A stretch of 57,625 nucleotides of DNA, counting the filler, from Jimgerdemannia flammicorona (Eukaryota): the NCBI GenBank assembly GCA_003990765.1. It is 2 parts of 2 records of this genome, joined end to end, with 100 filler letters (N's around TTAATTAATTAA, not from the genome) between each part and the next. Parts side by side here need not be neighbours in the genome. Positions count along the whole stretch, not along the records: positions 1 to 28,766 come from RBNJ01000542.1; positions 28,867 to 57,625 come from RBNJ01000543.1. One strand, given 5' to 3'. The notes beneath the pieces are model-generated. The model ran no database searches and was not told the origin of the DNA. It was given only the letters and a program-made list of their open reading frames with translations. How positions within the stretch are numbered: the first letter of the stretch is position 1; the number at the start of each line of letters is the position of its first letter. Position numbers and translations under genes: made by a program. Below, in pieces: positions 24,301-35,583 of the stretch.

Positions 24301-26699
24301 AAGGCTACAAAAGGTGACCCAGCAAGTCTTGGGCATTGAGCAGAGGGGTTCTGTAGGAGGCCAGCTCATTAGGGATGGCACAGCCTGGATGTATGGGGTT
24401 ATTGAAGGGGCGCAAGCTTGTAGATTAGATGGGTGCCTGGTCTTTTTGGACCAAGAGAAGGCTTATGACTGGGTGAGGTGAGTCTGGCTAGTGAAAGTAT
24501 TGGACAGAATTAGGGTTCCCTGCCAGTTCTGGTCAGCTATGATCAGCCTACTAGAAGGGAGTAGGGCTGTGCTCATGTGTAATGGACATAGAGGGGTAGC
24601 ATTTCCCCTAGGTAGGGGGTGCCCCAGGGGGACTCATTGTCCCCCATTCTGTATGCTCTTTCACTGGAACCCTTAATGGACAGAATCAGATGGAAGATAG
24701 TAGGGCTCTCCATTTTTGGCATTGGGTGGAAAGTAGGGGCCTTTGCAGATAATAAGATGGTCGGACTAGGATTGATTGCTGATATCGAGGAGCTTAAGGA
24801 GTCAGTGGAGTGGTATGAGGAGATCTCTGGGGTGAAGCTTAATTGGCATAAGTGTGAAACGATGGTGTTATGCAATGGTCTGGTGGGAGGGGAGGTTATT
24901 GGAACAATCATCCCTGCTGGTGAAGCTATGCAGTACTTGGGTATCTATCTATCAGTATATGGGTCAGTTCTACTCAGGCTTTGGTGGGAGCAGCAGGTTG
25001 AAATTTGGGGGGAGGCCCTGCAGAGTTGGGGGGACCATCAATTGTCCCTGGCAGGGCAGGTCTCGATTTTGAACATCTACTGGCTGCCAAAGTTGTGGTA
25101 TCTGGCTTATCATCTGGACTTCTCAGCCTAGGTGGTGAAGAGATTGATTAAGCTGGCCAAGAGATGGATCTGGACTGGAAGATGGAGTCAGATCAGCTGG
25201 GAGGTCTTGTCATTACTGGTGGAGAGTAGTGGACTTGGACTGGTTGACTTTCCAAAGAGGCTACACTGCTTGAGAGCATGGTGGCTGAAGAGAGCTGTAG
25301 AGTTGAGAGGGGGAGATTGGGTTCCCCTACTGCAGAAGGTCTGGGAGATGAGGTCCTTGCTGCAAGGCTCAACGGGAGATCTCCTATCTTTGGTTGGACT
25401 TAGGAATACTGAACAATTGTGATATAAAGGCTTCTGGTGGGGGGTGGCAGATGGGGTGCACCACATTGGATTCATTGGCAAGGAAATGAAGGAGAGGTGG
25501 ATTGGGGCCTGGCAATGTAGAGATGGGACCAGGTGCTGCTGGGTGGAGTTCCCTTACTCGAGTTCGACATTAGTAATGAGATAAAATGCCAGAGGAGACC
25601 AGGCCAGGATCTGTGGCCCAGTGGTTGGAAAGGTGTTGAAATCGGCAAAGATTGGGCCTGGCACAGCATTTGGGCCTGGAGTGCTGAGGTGAAGAGATGG
25701 ATGCCACAGAAGTACTGGGTGACTTGGTGGTACATGCTGAGAAGAAATGTAATGCTCAACTACCACTCAGGTCACCTTATTGAGGAAGGTTGCTTTGACT
25801 GTGAGGAATGCTATAATGTAGAAATGGAAGGAGAATATATGCAGATGCCTGAATATTGGCTTGGAGAGTGCAAGGTACTTAGTGACTTTTGGCAGACTGT
25901 TGGGATTCATTTGGGAGTAGGATACAGGGGAGGTGGCATGTGGGGGTGGTGGGAAGATTTGAGGAATAGACTGGTGGGGGGGGTGGGAAAGGAATGGCTC
26001 ACATTGGGCTGGGCTCTGGCCATATGGGTGGGGCTGGTCAGTCACTGGCTATTTGTTTTTGAGGATGGGAGGAGGCTGGGCTTGGGGGTCTGGCTGCTGT
26101 GGTGGCATAGCCTTATGGAAGACATCTTGACAGGCTGGTGGCTTGGTTGGGGGTTGCAGGGTGGTCAGAGGTATCGATTGGTATAGGCAGAGTGGGGGAA
26201 GGGTTGGAGTAGTGAGTGAGAAGGTGGTCTTTGTTCAGGAAGGAGTGAGGAGAGGCTCCCCTATGGGGATTGGGTAGTGGGAGGATATATTGTAAACTTA
26301 TTAATAGACTGTTAATAAATATTAGAGTCCAAGTGACTATAAAAAAAAAAAAGACAATGAGATAGACATAACCATTATCCATCTTGTTTCCCATTGCCCA
26401 TCTCATCTCCTACACCTGTCTTGTCTCTCATCTCCCATTACCTGTCTCATCTCCCATCACATATCTCCCATCATCTGTCTCATCTCCTATTACCTGTCTT
26501 GTCTCCTATTACCAATTTTGTCTTATCTCCCATCACTCTAATATCTCCCATTACCTGTCCCATCACTTATCTCAGAAAAATATATATATTATATACCTTC
26601 AATTTATAAGATATCAAAGAAAGATTGTTGACAATATTGACAGATAAATGATATTATAGTTGATTTAGAAATAAAATATAGATGTGACCTTGAATTATC

Positions 26700-27405
26700 T
26701 GAGTTTGAAGTGTAGTTTGAAGTGCAGTTTGAAGCATAGTTTGAAGTATAGTTTGAAGTGCAGTTTGTAATATAGTTTGAAGTACAGCTAAAGTTTGAAG
26801 TGCAGTTTAAAGTGCAGTTTGAAGTGCAGCTTGAAGTGTAGCTTTAAGTGAGGCTTATAGTATATAGCTTAAGGTATACTTTTGGTGATTAATTTGGCAA
26901 TAGTAAACACAATTTAAGGCCACTTTTGATGATTGATTTAAAGCCACTTGAGGCAAAGGTAAATATAATTTAAGGCCACTTTTGGTAATTGATTTAAGAC
27001 TACATGAAGGATACTTCAAACTGTACTTCAAACCATACTTTTCAAACCGCACTTCAAACTGTACTTCAAACTGCACTTCAAACTATACTTCAAACCATAC
27101 TTCAAACTGTACTTATATAATTTTGACTCTCCTTTACCATTAATTACCAAAATTGTTCCCCTTTGCTGAATTCACAAAGGTGAAGGGGAATTTGGCAAAG
27201 GTAAATATGATTTAAGACCACTTTTGGTAATTGATTTAAGTACTTGAAGGGGACTTCAAACTGCACTTCAATCACACTTTTCAAACTATACTTCAAACTG
27301 CACTTCAAACTGCACTTCAAACTATACTTCAAACTACACTTCAAACCATACTTCAAACTGCACTTCAAACCATACTTCAAACTACACTTTCAAAACTATA
27401 CTTAT
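26700..27405. repeat. 12-bp tandem repeats (ttcaaactgcac) in opposing orientations, interleaved with 66-bp-family units
   Basis: (gtttgaagtgca)n at ~26702-26850; (ttcaaactgcac)n at ~27013-27112 and ~27254-27400. Confidence 0.9.
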
Positions 27406-27588
27406 ACAATTTTGGCTCTCTTTTATTATTGATTATCAAAATTATTCCCCTTTGCTGAATTTGCAAAGGCAAACACAATTTAAGGCCACTTTTGGTAATA
27501 AATTTAAGGCTACTTGAAGGAGAATTTAACAAAGGTAAACACAATTTAAGGCCAGTTAAAGAGAAATTTGACAAAGATGAACATGATT

Positions 27589-28766
27589 TGCTCCTTTCTC
27601 TGCTACCTTACTGGTCACAAGGTTTGGTAGGCGACCTTCCAAGTCCCCTTTCCCCTAATATTACCCCCTCTACCTCAGGTTAGTTTGCTGTGCCTGCAGG
27701 GGCATGGTGGGAGGAGGGCAATAGTGATGAGTTGCCCCTTTATTGGTGTCGGATCAGTGCTTCCTCCACTTTTTTGCAGATTCTGGTGCCTTCAGCTGCA
27801 TCTGGGGTGTACCTGTTTTGGTGTGGCGCCTTCTTCCTTTTGCCGTTGCCAACAAGGAGTTGTCTTGGTGTGTCTCGGGCTACGTAGGGAGTTGGCCAAC
27901 CTTGGGCATCAAGTGCTCAGTGTAGGTTACCTGCAGGTCCTTGGTGCCTGTGGTGGGGCCCTCTGGCTTTGGCGAGCTTCCCGGCGAGCATGGTTCTGGC
28001 ATAGGTGACTGCTTTTCAGGTGTTATTGGGATGGGAAGGGAGATGGCCATCACAGATAGGCAGAAGGGCGGTTACAGTGAACCAGTAGGGTGCCAGGCTG
28101 GGGGCAGTCATCGGGGCTGGGGCAGATGCTGCTTTGGTGGGGCCTTTTGATTGGTGCAGCGTGGTTAGGTGGTAGGTGTCACTATCGGCGTCTTTTGGCG
28201 GTCAGCAGGGTTGGGCCCCAGTCGTCAGAGGGGGTTAGGAGGCCCAAGGCTACCCATTTCAGGCATCTTGACTGCACTCAACTGGAACCGGGAGCTGACA
28301 CAGCAACATGATCAAGGCCCACAGGCTTGAGTAGTGGGGTATTGGGGGTTTTCTCCCACCTCATGTGTAAGTTCTTTACTCACCTCGACTGGGAGAACCA
28401 GGCCCTACCCACCATGTTGTGCTTTGATGAGAGTTTTTTATTTGCCTGTTATTCTCTTTGGGGTGGCAGGGGCTATTCTATTTGGCTTGGGCATGGCCTT
28501 GTACATATGTTGGGTTCTCAGGCATGCGCTTTCGGTTGTTGGTGTATGGTTGGGTTTCCCCTAGTGGTAGGGAGAGCATGGTGTGCAGAATGAGGTGCAG
28601 GCTTATCAGCCCTGCTGCGCCTGGCATGGTCAAGCTGCTGGACAATAGCTAGTCTAGGTTAATGGGGGGGCAGTGCTTGGTGGATGGTGGGGGAGGGTTT
28701 TGGCCTATATAGTCTAGGTTCCCTTCCAATAAAAATCCGCGGGATATGAGTCCGTAAAACAAAAAA
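27589..28766 (+). mobile_element. ~1.18-kb non-autonomous poly(A) retroposon (copy A)
   Basis: Colinear along its whole length with the reverse complements of 35584-36774 and 41650-42870. It ends AATAAAAATCC...GAGTCC + A-tail running into the gap. No long ORF. Confidence 0.85.
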
Positions 28767-28866
28767 NNNNNNNNNNNNNNNNNNNNNNNNNNNNNNNNNN
28801 NNNNNNNNNNTTAATTAATTAANNNNNNNNNNNNNNNNNNNNNNNNNNNNNNNNNNNNNNNNNNNN
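28767..28866. other. Artificial 100-bp gap/linker (N44-TTAATTAATTAA-N44)
   Basis: Symmetric N runs surround a palindromic 12-mer that provides stop codons in all six frames. Confidence 0.95.
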
Positions 28867-29035
28867 ATGCTAGTAGTGAAGAGTCTACCACAGAAGAGGA
28901 AGAAAATCTGAAGATAGAAATGACCCCAGACTCAATCCCCAAATCAAACTAGTGGATGATGGGCCAGAAGACAATGTGTGGGCCAGAAACACTGTCCTCA
29001 TCATCATTGGAGCCATTGTAAAAGAGATCAAAGAA

Positions 29036-32000
29036 CACCTTTCACTGGTAATATTCAGGTGACACAAGACTCAGGCAATACTTTCAACAACGTTTTTGGT
29101 GAAAGGTGACTAGCAACATGGAATGCAATGAACATGCAGGTGCACATACTAGGTCGGGTGGACCTAGGGCCTTCGACTGGCAGCAGGTGGGGAGGGGTTA
29201 CGGCTTTGGGATGGGGGCCTTCGGAGGGCCTAAGAGTGGAGAAGGCTCTGGAGGGAGACTGGTGTCTGGTGGCAATGGGGGAAGGTCTAGTCTCCTGAGC
29301 TTTGCAGACAAGGTTAAGGAGAGTGGATGGCTGGCTGATACTAGGGCTGGTGCTGCTGAGGGGAAGGGCAAGGCAAGCCTTGGGAAGGGGGGTAGTGCTC
29401 TGGCTGGGAGTGTAGGCATAGGGGCTGGAGGAGCAGTGGCTGGGGGTGTGACTGTTGATGGGAGTGTGATGGAGAATCAGGAAAAAAAAAGAGATGTGAT
29501 GGCTGATGGCCAGGTGGGGCAGAGACTCCCAATGCAGAAGGGGGACCTGACAGATGGTGTAATGGGGCTGGCAGTGACCCCATTGCTCAAGAAGTCAATC
29601 TCAGAGTTCACAGTGACCTTGTGCTTCCAGGGCTTGGCAGTGATAGCAAGGATGGTTCTGGGGCTTGTTTCGAAGCAGGTGGCTGGGGCAGCCTCGGTGA
29701 AGTTCTTGAAGGGTCTAGAGGGGGTCAAGGTGGGCTTTGAGGAGGCAGGCCCACTGGATGAGGTACTGAAGACTGGAGTCATGGTTGGGGAGGTGGTGGT
29801 CTCCATGGTGAGGTGCTTGTGATGGGACCCCAGGGTGGTGCAACTTCTGGTGAAGGGAGTGTCCACAGTGACTAAGGAGGAGACTAGAAAGAGGGTGGAG
29901 GAGGTGATGATTGAGTATGGTGATGTGGTGGACATCAGCTTTCAGGTGTAGGAGGGAACAATGATCAGGATAGGTGATGTTGATGTCAGGATTAGACTGG
30001 TGGGCAAGGAGGCCATGGGGAAGGCAAGTGACTGGCCTTCTGTGCTGATGTGGGGGGCATTCATATGTAAGGTGTCAAGGGTGAAGGAGAGTGAGGAGGA
30101 GGAGGAGGACTTGTTGGAGGTGCTGGAAGAGATGAGTGGAGCTGTAGAGAGGAGGACAAGGGCCTGGAAGATGTATGAGGAGTCAACACATCTGGAGGTT
30201 GTAGAGGGGAAGCATATCCGCATGGACAAGGGGCAGTGGGAGTAGGCACAGGGGCACAGAAGGCAGAGGGAGCTACTGGCGAGTATGACAGTAGAGGTGA
30301 AGAAGAAGGCAGTTGGGGCTGAGGTATCTGGGGGCATCAAAGCCAGTGTCTGGGCTAGTAAAGGGGTAGGGGAGGTGGAGGTAGGCAAGGAAGAAGATGG
30401 GAAGATGCTGAGCAAGGACCCTTTTGCTGATGGCACCTTCGAGGTCTGGGAGCCAGAATTGGATTCCACCCCCCCCCCTCTGATCAGGAGGGGCCCAGCT
30501 GCAAAGAGAAGGACAACAGAGGGTATGCTGATGCAGGGGGCCCAGCGAGTGTGTTTTGGAGTCCCTGATGTAGCAAAAGGGGGCCAGGTGGTGGTGGCTG
30601 GTGAAGATGAGCTAGTGGATGTATCTGAGGAGGAGTGGGATGAGACTGCCAGTGTGGGTGCTGATATCATGATGTTGGATGCAGGATGGTCTGGGACTCT
30701 GGGAGGGAAGGAGGTAGGAAACTTGCTGTGGATGAGCAAGGTGATGGATAACCTTGTGGCTGATACATTGGGAGAAGTGGACCTGTGGATTATGTCTGAG
30801 GAGCATTGGGAATGGATTCTGCATGGTGATGGAGTGGTGGAGGCGCTGAGGGGGGAGATTCTTGCAATTCTCTTAAAGGAGGAGAGATATGAGGTCGATA
30901 AGGTGAGGAAGGCAGAGCTGGTGGTGGTTGTGGGCAAGCAGGCAACCTACTGTTGGGCTGAGTGTCATGGTTTGCAGCTCTGGAGAGAGGCCTGTCTGGA
31001 GTATCAAGAGGACTTTGAGGAGAGGGAAGATGAGGTGATGGTAGAACTTCTGGGAGGGTTGGAGACATGGGAAGCTGGGGAAAGGGAACTAGCTGCTGAA
31101 TGTGAATTGGACTTGGTGCAGGAGGAGCAGAATGTAGACTTGTAGAGGATGGGATCACTTTTTAACATTATTTCTTATGAACAGTACAACTAACATTTTC
31201 TCTCTGAATGTGAATGGGTTGAGGGGTTCTGGATAGTGTAAGAACATTTTTACTTGGCTCAAGGGATTGGAGGCTGATCTCTTTTTACTATAGGATGTTT
31301 GGTGTGAGGATGAGGATGATCGAGTGCAGTGGACTAAGGAATGGGGTGGGGCTACTGCTTGGTTTGGAAAAGTGGCGATTCTGGTGAGGAAGGATAGAGG
31401 TGACTTGGAGGGAATCAGGAGCTGGGGTGACCACTTGGTCTGGGGTGATTGGCAGCAGCCAGGGTGGGAGTCAGTGAGGGTTGGCTCTTGCTACTGCCCT
31501 GCAGTTAGGGGTGAAAGGATTGCATAGATTGAGGAGCTGCTGGAGGAGCATGTTCTCTTGGTGGAAGGGGTCGATGTATTTGGGGGGGACTTTAATATGG
31601 TTCGGGATCAGCATCTAGACCGCACTGATGGTGGGAGGAGTACGGGAGGGAGAAGTGGAGGCCTGGATGCATGGGAGGAGGTAGAGTGGCTGAGCTCCTT
31701 AGGGGATATGGGCAGAACATGATGGGGCAACTCCAGGGTCTACATGCATTGAGTGAATGACTTAGGTACTAAGATTGACTGGATTCTGATGGCGGAATAC
31801 TGGGGGTCTGATGTCTGGAAGGTATTGGAGGTGGAATGGTGCCCATGGTCTGATCACTGGGGACTGTTGAGATAGGGGCAGTTTGGGGGGAGTGGAGATG
31901 GACCCAGATATTGGTGCCTTAACTCCTTCCTGCTGGCTGAGAAGGGGTTGTGGGATTTGTGGGCAGAGAACATTCAGGCAAAAGTTTCTTACTGGAGGTA

Positions 32001-32217
32001 TGAGGGTTTGTCAGTGGGTGTCCATTGGATGAGATTGAAAGAGGCTGTGAGGGTCTATTGGAGAGAGGCTGGGAGAGAAGCTGGGAGACAGAGGAGGAAG
32101 TGAACAAGGTGTGCTTCCAGCAGGCTGAGGAGATTGCAAATGGATTGGGCAGGTTTGCTTACTTCTGGTGGAGTGGAGGATTGGAGGTTAGCAAGGATTA
32201 AATTGGAGATAATGGAA
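29036..32217 (+). mobile_element. Divergent subfamily of the same LINE; 5'-complete, truncated after the endonuclease
   Basis: Starts cacctttcactggtaatattcaggtgacac. ORF1 homolog at 29119-31145. ORF2 starts MNSTTNIFSLNVNGL at ~31178 and includes GGDFN, KIDWIL and WSDH. It ends abruptly before RT. Confidence 0.9.
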
Positions 32218-34454
32218 TCAGCAACTACTACATGACAACTTGGTGCCCATTGACTGGTAATTTAAGACAAATCCCTTACTTTCAAGCTAAAAAATAAATA
32301 ACTATAACAACAACTACCCTGACTATAAGAGTCACCCCTATAAGAATTCAAGACAAGATAGAAATACATTCCCCCACATTTAATGGATATACTACTGAAG
32401 AGTCAATCCTGACCTTCATTGAAGACTTTGAACAATTTGCTACTGTACAAGCCCTCAATATGGATACACAATTGGCCCTTCTACTAGTTAGCCTCAGAGG
32501 ACCTGCTAGAGACAAGTTCAATGTAGCCACTATTGTTTTTGCTGGTGCAGCCAGACTTGCCAATATGAAGACCTTCCTCAGAACTATATACTATATTGAA
32601 GAGATCAAGTAAGCTCTTAAGGATCAACTCAACACTATCTGCCAGAGACTCAGTGAAGATCTCAACTTATTTTATATCCAAATCTGTCACCAGATTGTCT
32701 TGGCTGACTATGATGACCACCTCAAGGAACAAATAGTGGATTCAACCTTCCTCAAAGGAGTTCACCCTGAAATTGCCCTAGCAATCTGGTCTACCCCAGC
32801 TATACTGACCCTTGATCAGAAAGTGGTCTTTGTACAGAGATATTAGACTGTCAGACACCCCACTGAATACTCAATGGAGAAAATAACTGGCATCAAAATA
32901 GAGCTATCAAAGTCAACTAGTATTATATCTACTACAGTTATAAACAGACAACCATCCCCACCTACTCCCAAGGCAACCAAAGCTGACCCAGTGGAGAAAC
33001 TCACCAAGCAGTTTGCTGAGATGACTGCACACCTTAATGATGTTGTTAGAGAAGTTTGAAGCACCAACAGGAGACCAGTACAGAGATTTACAGCTACTAC
33101 AGAAGAATACAATATCATATTCTTCAGATATAGAGAAGAAGACCTCTATGCAAAGAGTTGTATAACTGAAACAAGATACAAAGCCCAACCAAGTAATACT
33201 ACCAGAACCAGAGAACAAACCAATAGTAGTCATCAAGGAGATTGGTGATACTGATGATGAAGAATACTACAAAGAGCCCAAATTCTACTCTGTTACTGAA
33301 GGTACCAGAACCTGGTCCAAGCTCTATGATAAGAAGAGTAATGGCAAGCCAGTTGGAAGACCAAAGAAGACTCCAGCTATCACTATTCAAAGTAAGACCC
33401 AACCTGAGAAGATTGATCAAGATATAGAGTTAGATGAAGCTATGTATCTATCAAATTATTGAAGACACTACTCCAGTCTCAGGAGAAAGTGAAAGCAAGA
33501 AGGAATAGAAGCTGTGCAAGACCAAGATTCACCAGTATGATATCTATAAGGACCTCAAGAAACAGAAGGTCAATACTACTTTTGGACAACTAACTGAAGT
33601 CTCTGCCTTCAGATAGCAGTTGAGAATAGGACTTGCAACCGCTGTCAAAAATCAAGAATACAAGATTATAAAAGCTTACAATGTATAAGAAGATGATTAA
33701 GAAGACTCAGACAAAGAATCTGAAGACCAGCACAAAACATCAGCCTATATCCCATATCAGATCAAAGATTGTATCTTTGATGCCATTATTAATAATGGTG
33801 CTAGAGGATGCCTCATGAGCAAGAAGACAATTGACCACCAGGCTGAGACATTGAAGAGTCTACCAATATGGTCTATATCATAGCAGATGGTACACAAGCT
33901 ACTCCCCTTGGCAAAATCCAAGAAGTTCCCATCAAAATAGGAGGAGCTACTATCCCAGTAGATGTGATTGTTATGAGCACCACCAACTATGACATCCTTA
34001 TTAGCAACCAATGACTTTACAAGGCCAAGGCCATTATTGATCTCAATGCCCAGAAGATACCAATCAACTATAGAGGAAGAAAGGTATAAGTCTCTATCAA
34101 TATTCACAAAGGAGTTCTACCAGACATAGAGGAAGGAGATAAAGAGGATACAGAAGTCTTTATATACTCAATGAACAAGAACAAGAACAAGACACCCAAG
34201 CTCACAGATGAGCGGTGGTATAACAAAATTATCAATAGCTATATCCCTCAAGGAAGATGTCTCCATGGTACTAAGATGTACTGCTCTGAACACCTGAATG
34301 ACTGCTGGTCCTGTATCAGTAAAGTCAGGAAAATCTACTAACAGAAGCATGAGCAAGAAGCTGCTGAAGCAAAAAGGAAAACTGAAGAAGATGACCAGCC
34401 CCCAGAGCTTCAAGCTAATAGTGATGATGAGGAGGAACAAGAACCAGACATCAC

Positions 34455-34865
34455 TCTCAAGGTTAAGAAGTTTCACCCTAAAGCTAAGATCCTAGAATAT
34501 AAGACTGAAGGAGCCATAAGAATGGACCTTGCCAGCATTTAAGATACTATCCTTGAACTACAAACCACTACTCTACTTGGTACTGGAATTGGAGTCAAGT
34601 TGTCAGAAAACCATACCAGAATTATCAAGACCAGGAGTAGTCTGACCAAAAGTGAAATCTCAGTTAAAGGAGGAGTAATTGACCCTGATTATACTGGCAA
34701 GATCTTCCTTATAGTCAGGAATCACAACCCCATCACCCCATTTGAAGTCAAGAAGCATGACAGGATTGGCCAGATGCTGATCCACGAAATCAAGAAGCCC
34801 AAGATCACTGAAGCCATTGAACTCATCAAGATAAAGAGAGAGAACAAGGCTTTGGATCTACTGGA
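34455..34865 (+). pseudogene. Trimeric dUTPase domain within Gypsy pol
   Basis: Motifs MDL, GTGIGV, TRSSL, GGVIDPDYTG, DRIGQM, and (frameshifted) GFGSTG. Confidence 0.9.
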
Positions 34866-35583
34866 AGAGGAGCCTATGCTGTCACCAAGATTACTAAACT
34901 TGAGCACAAGAAAGATAAGGACCAGAACAAGCACACATATACCATTGGAGAAAACTTTCCTCTAGAAGAACAACTTCTCAAGATCCTGCATCAGAATAAA
35001 GAAGTACTTACTATAGACTTCAGAGATATCCACAATCAAGAACCCAAGTACTACTATAAAGTTAACACTAGTGATATCAAGCCCATCTACCAGAAAGCCA
35101 GACCTATACCACTTGCCTATAGAGAATAGTTGTGAGCAGAACTCAAGAAAATAGAAGAAGCTGGAATTATTAAACAAGCTATCAGTCTCTGGGCTTCACC
35201 CATTATCCATGCCCCAAAGAAAGGAAGCAAGCCTAGAGAGTTTGCCCCAAGACTCTGCATTAACTACAGGAAGCTCAATACAATCACCAAGAAGAATAGG
35301 CAGCCCTTGCCAAATATTCAAGAAATCCTTACCATCTTTGGAAGCAAAGCCAAATACTACACCACCTTGGATCTATTCTCAGGCTTCTATCAGATTTACA
35401 TATCTCATTCAAGATGTCAGTGAGAAATCAGCCTTCATTATATCTGATGCCACCTATATCTACCTATGAATGCCATTTGGAATGTGCAATACCCCAGCAA
35501 GTTTTCAGCAAATGATGAACAGAGTCTTCAGCAATGAGATCAGAAAATAGTTCTTTATCTATATTGATGATATGATCATCTTC

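Larger units (their letters stand above)
10670..26352 (+). mobile_element. L1/Tx1-clade LINE, outer copy (10670-12940 + 22794-26352), split by nested copies
   Basis: 18-bp TSD gacaatgagatagacata at 10652-10669 and 26353-26370, with poly(A) at ~26341-26352. The EN reading frame (EWTKKWG|GEVV) resumes after 22805. RT motifs at 24191-24760. Confidence 0.95.
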
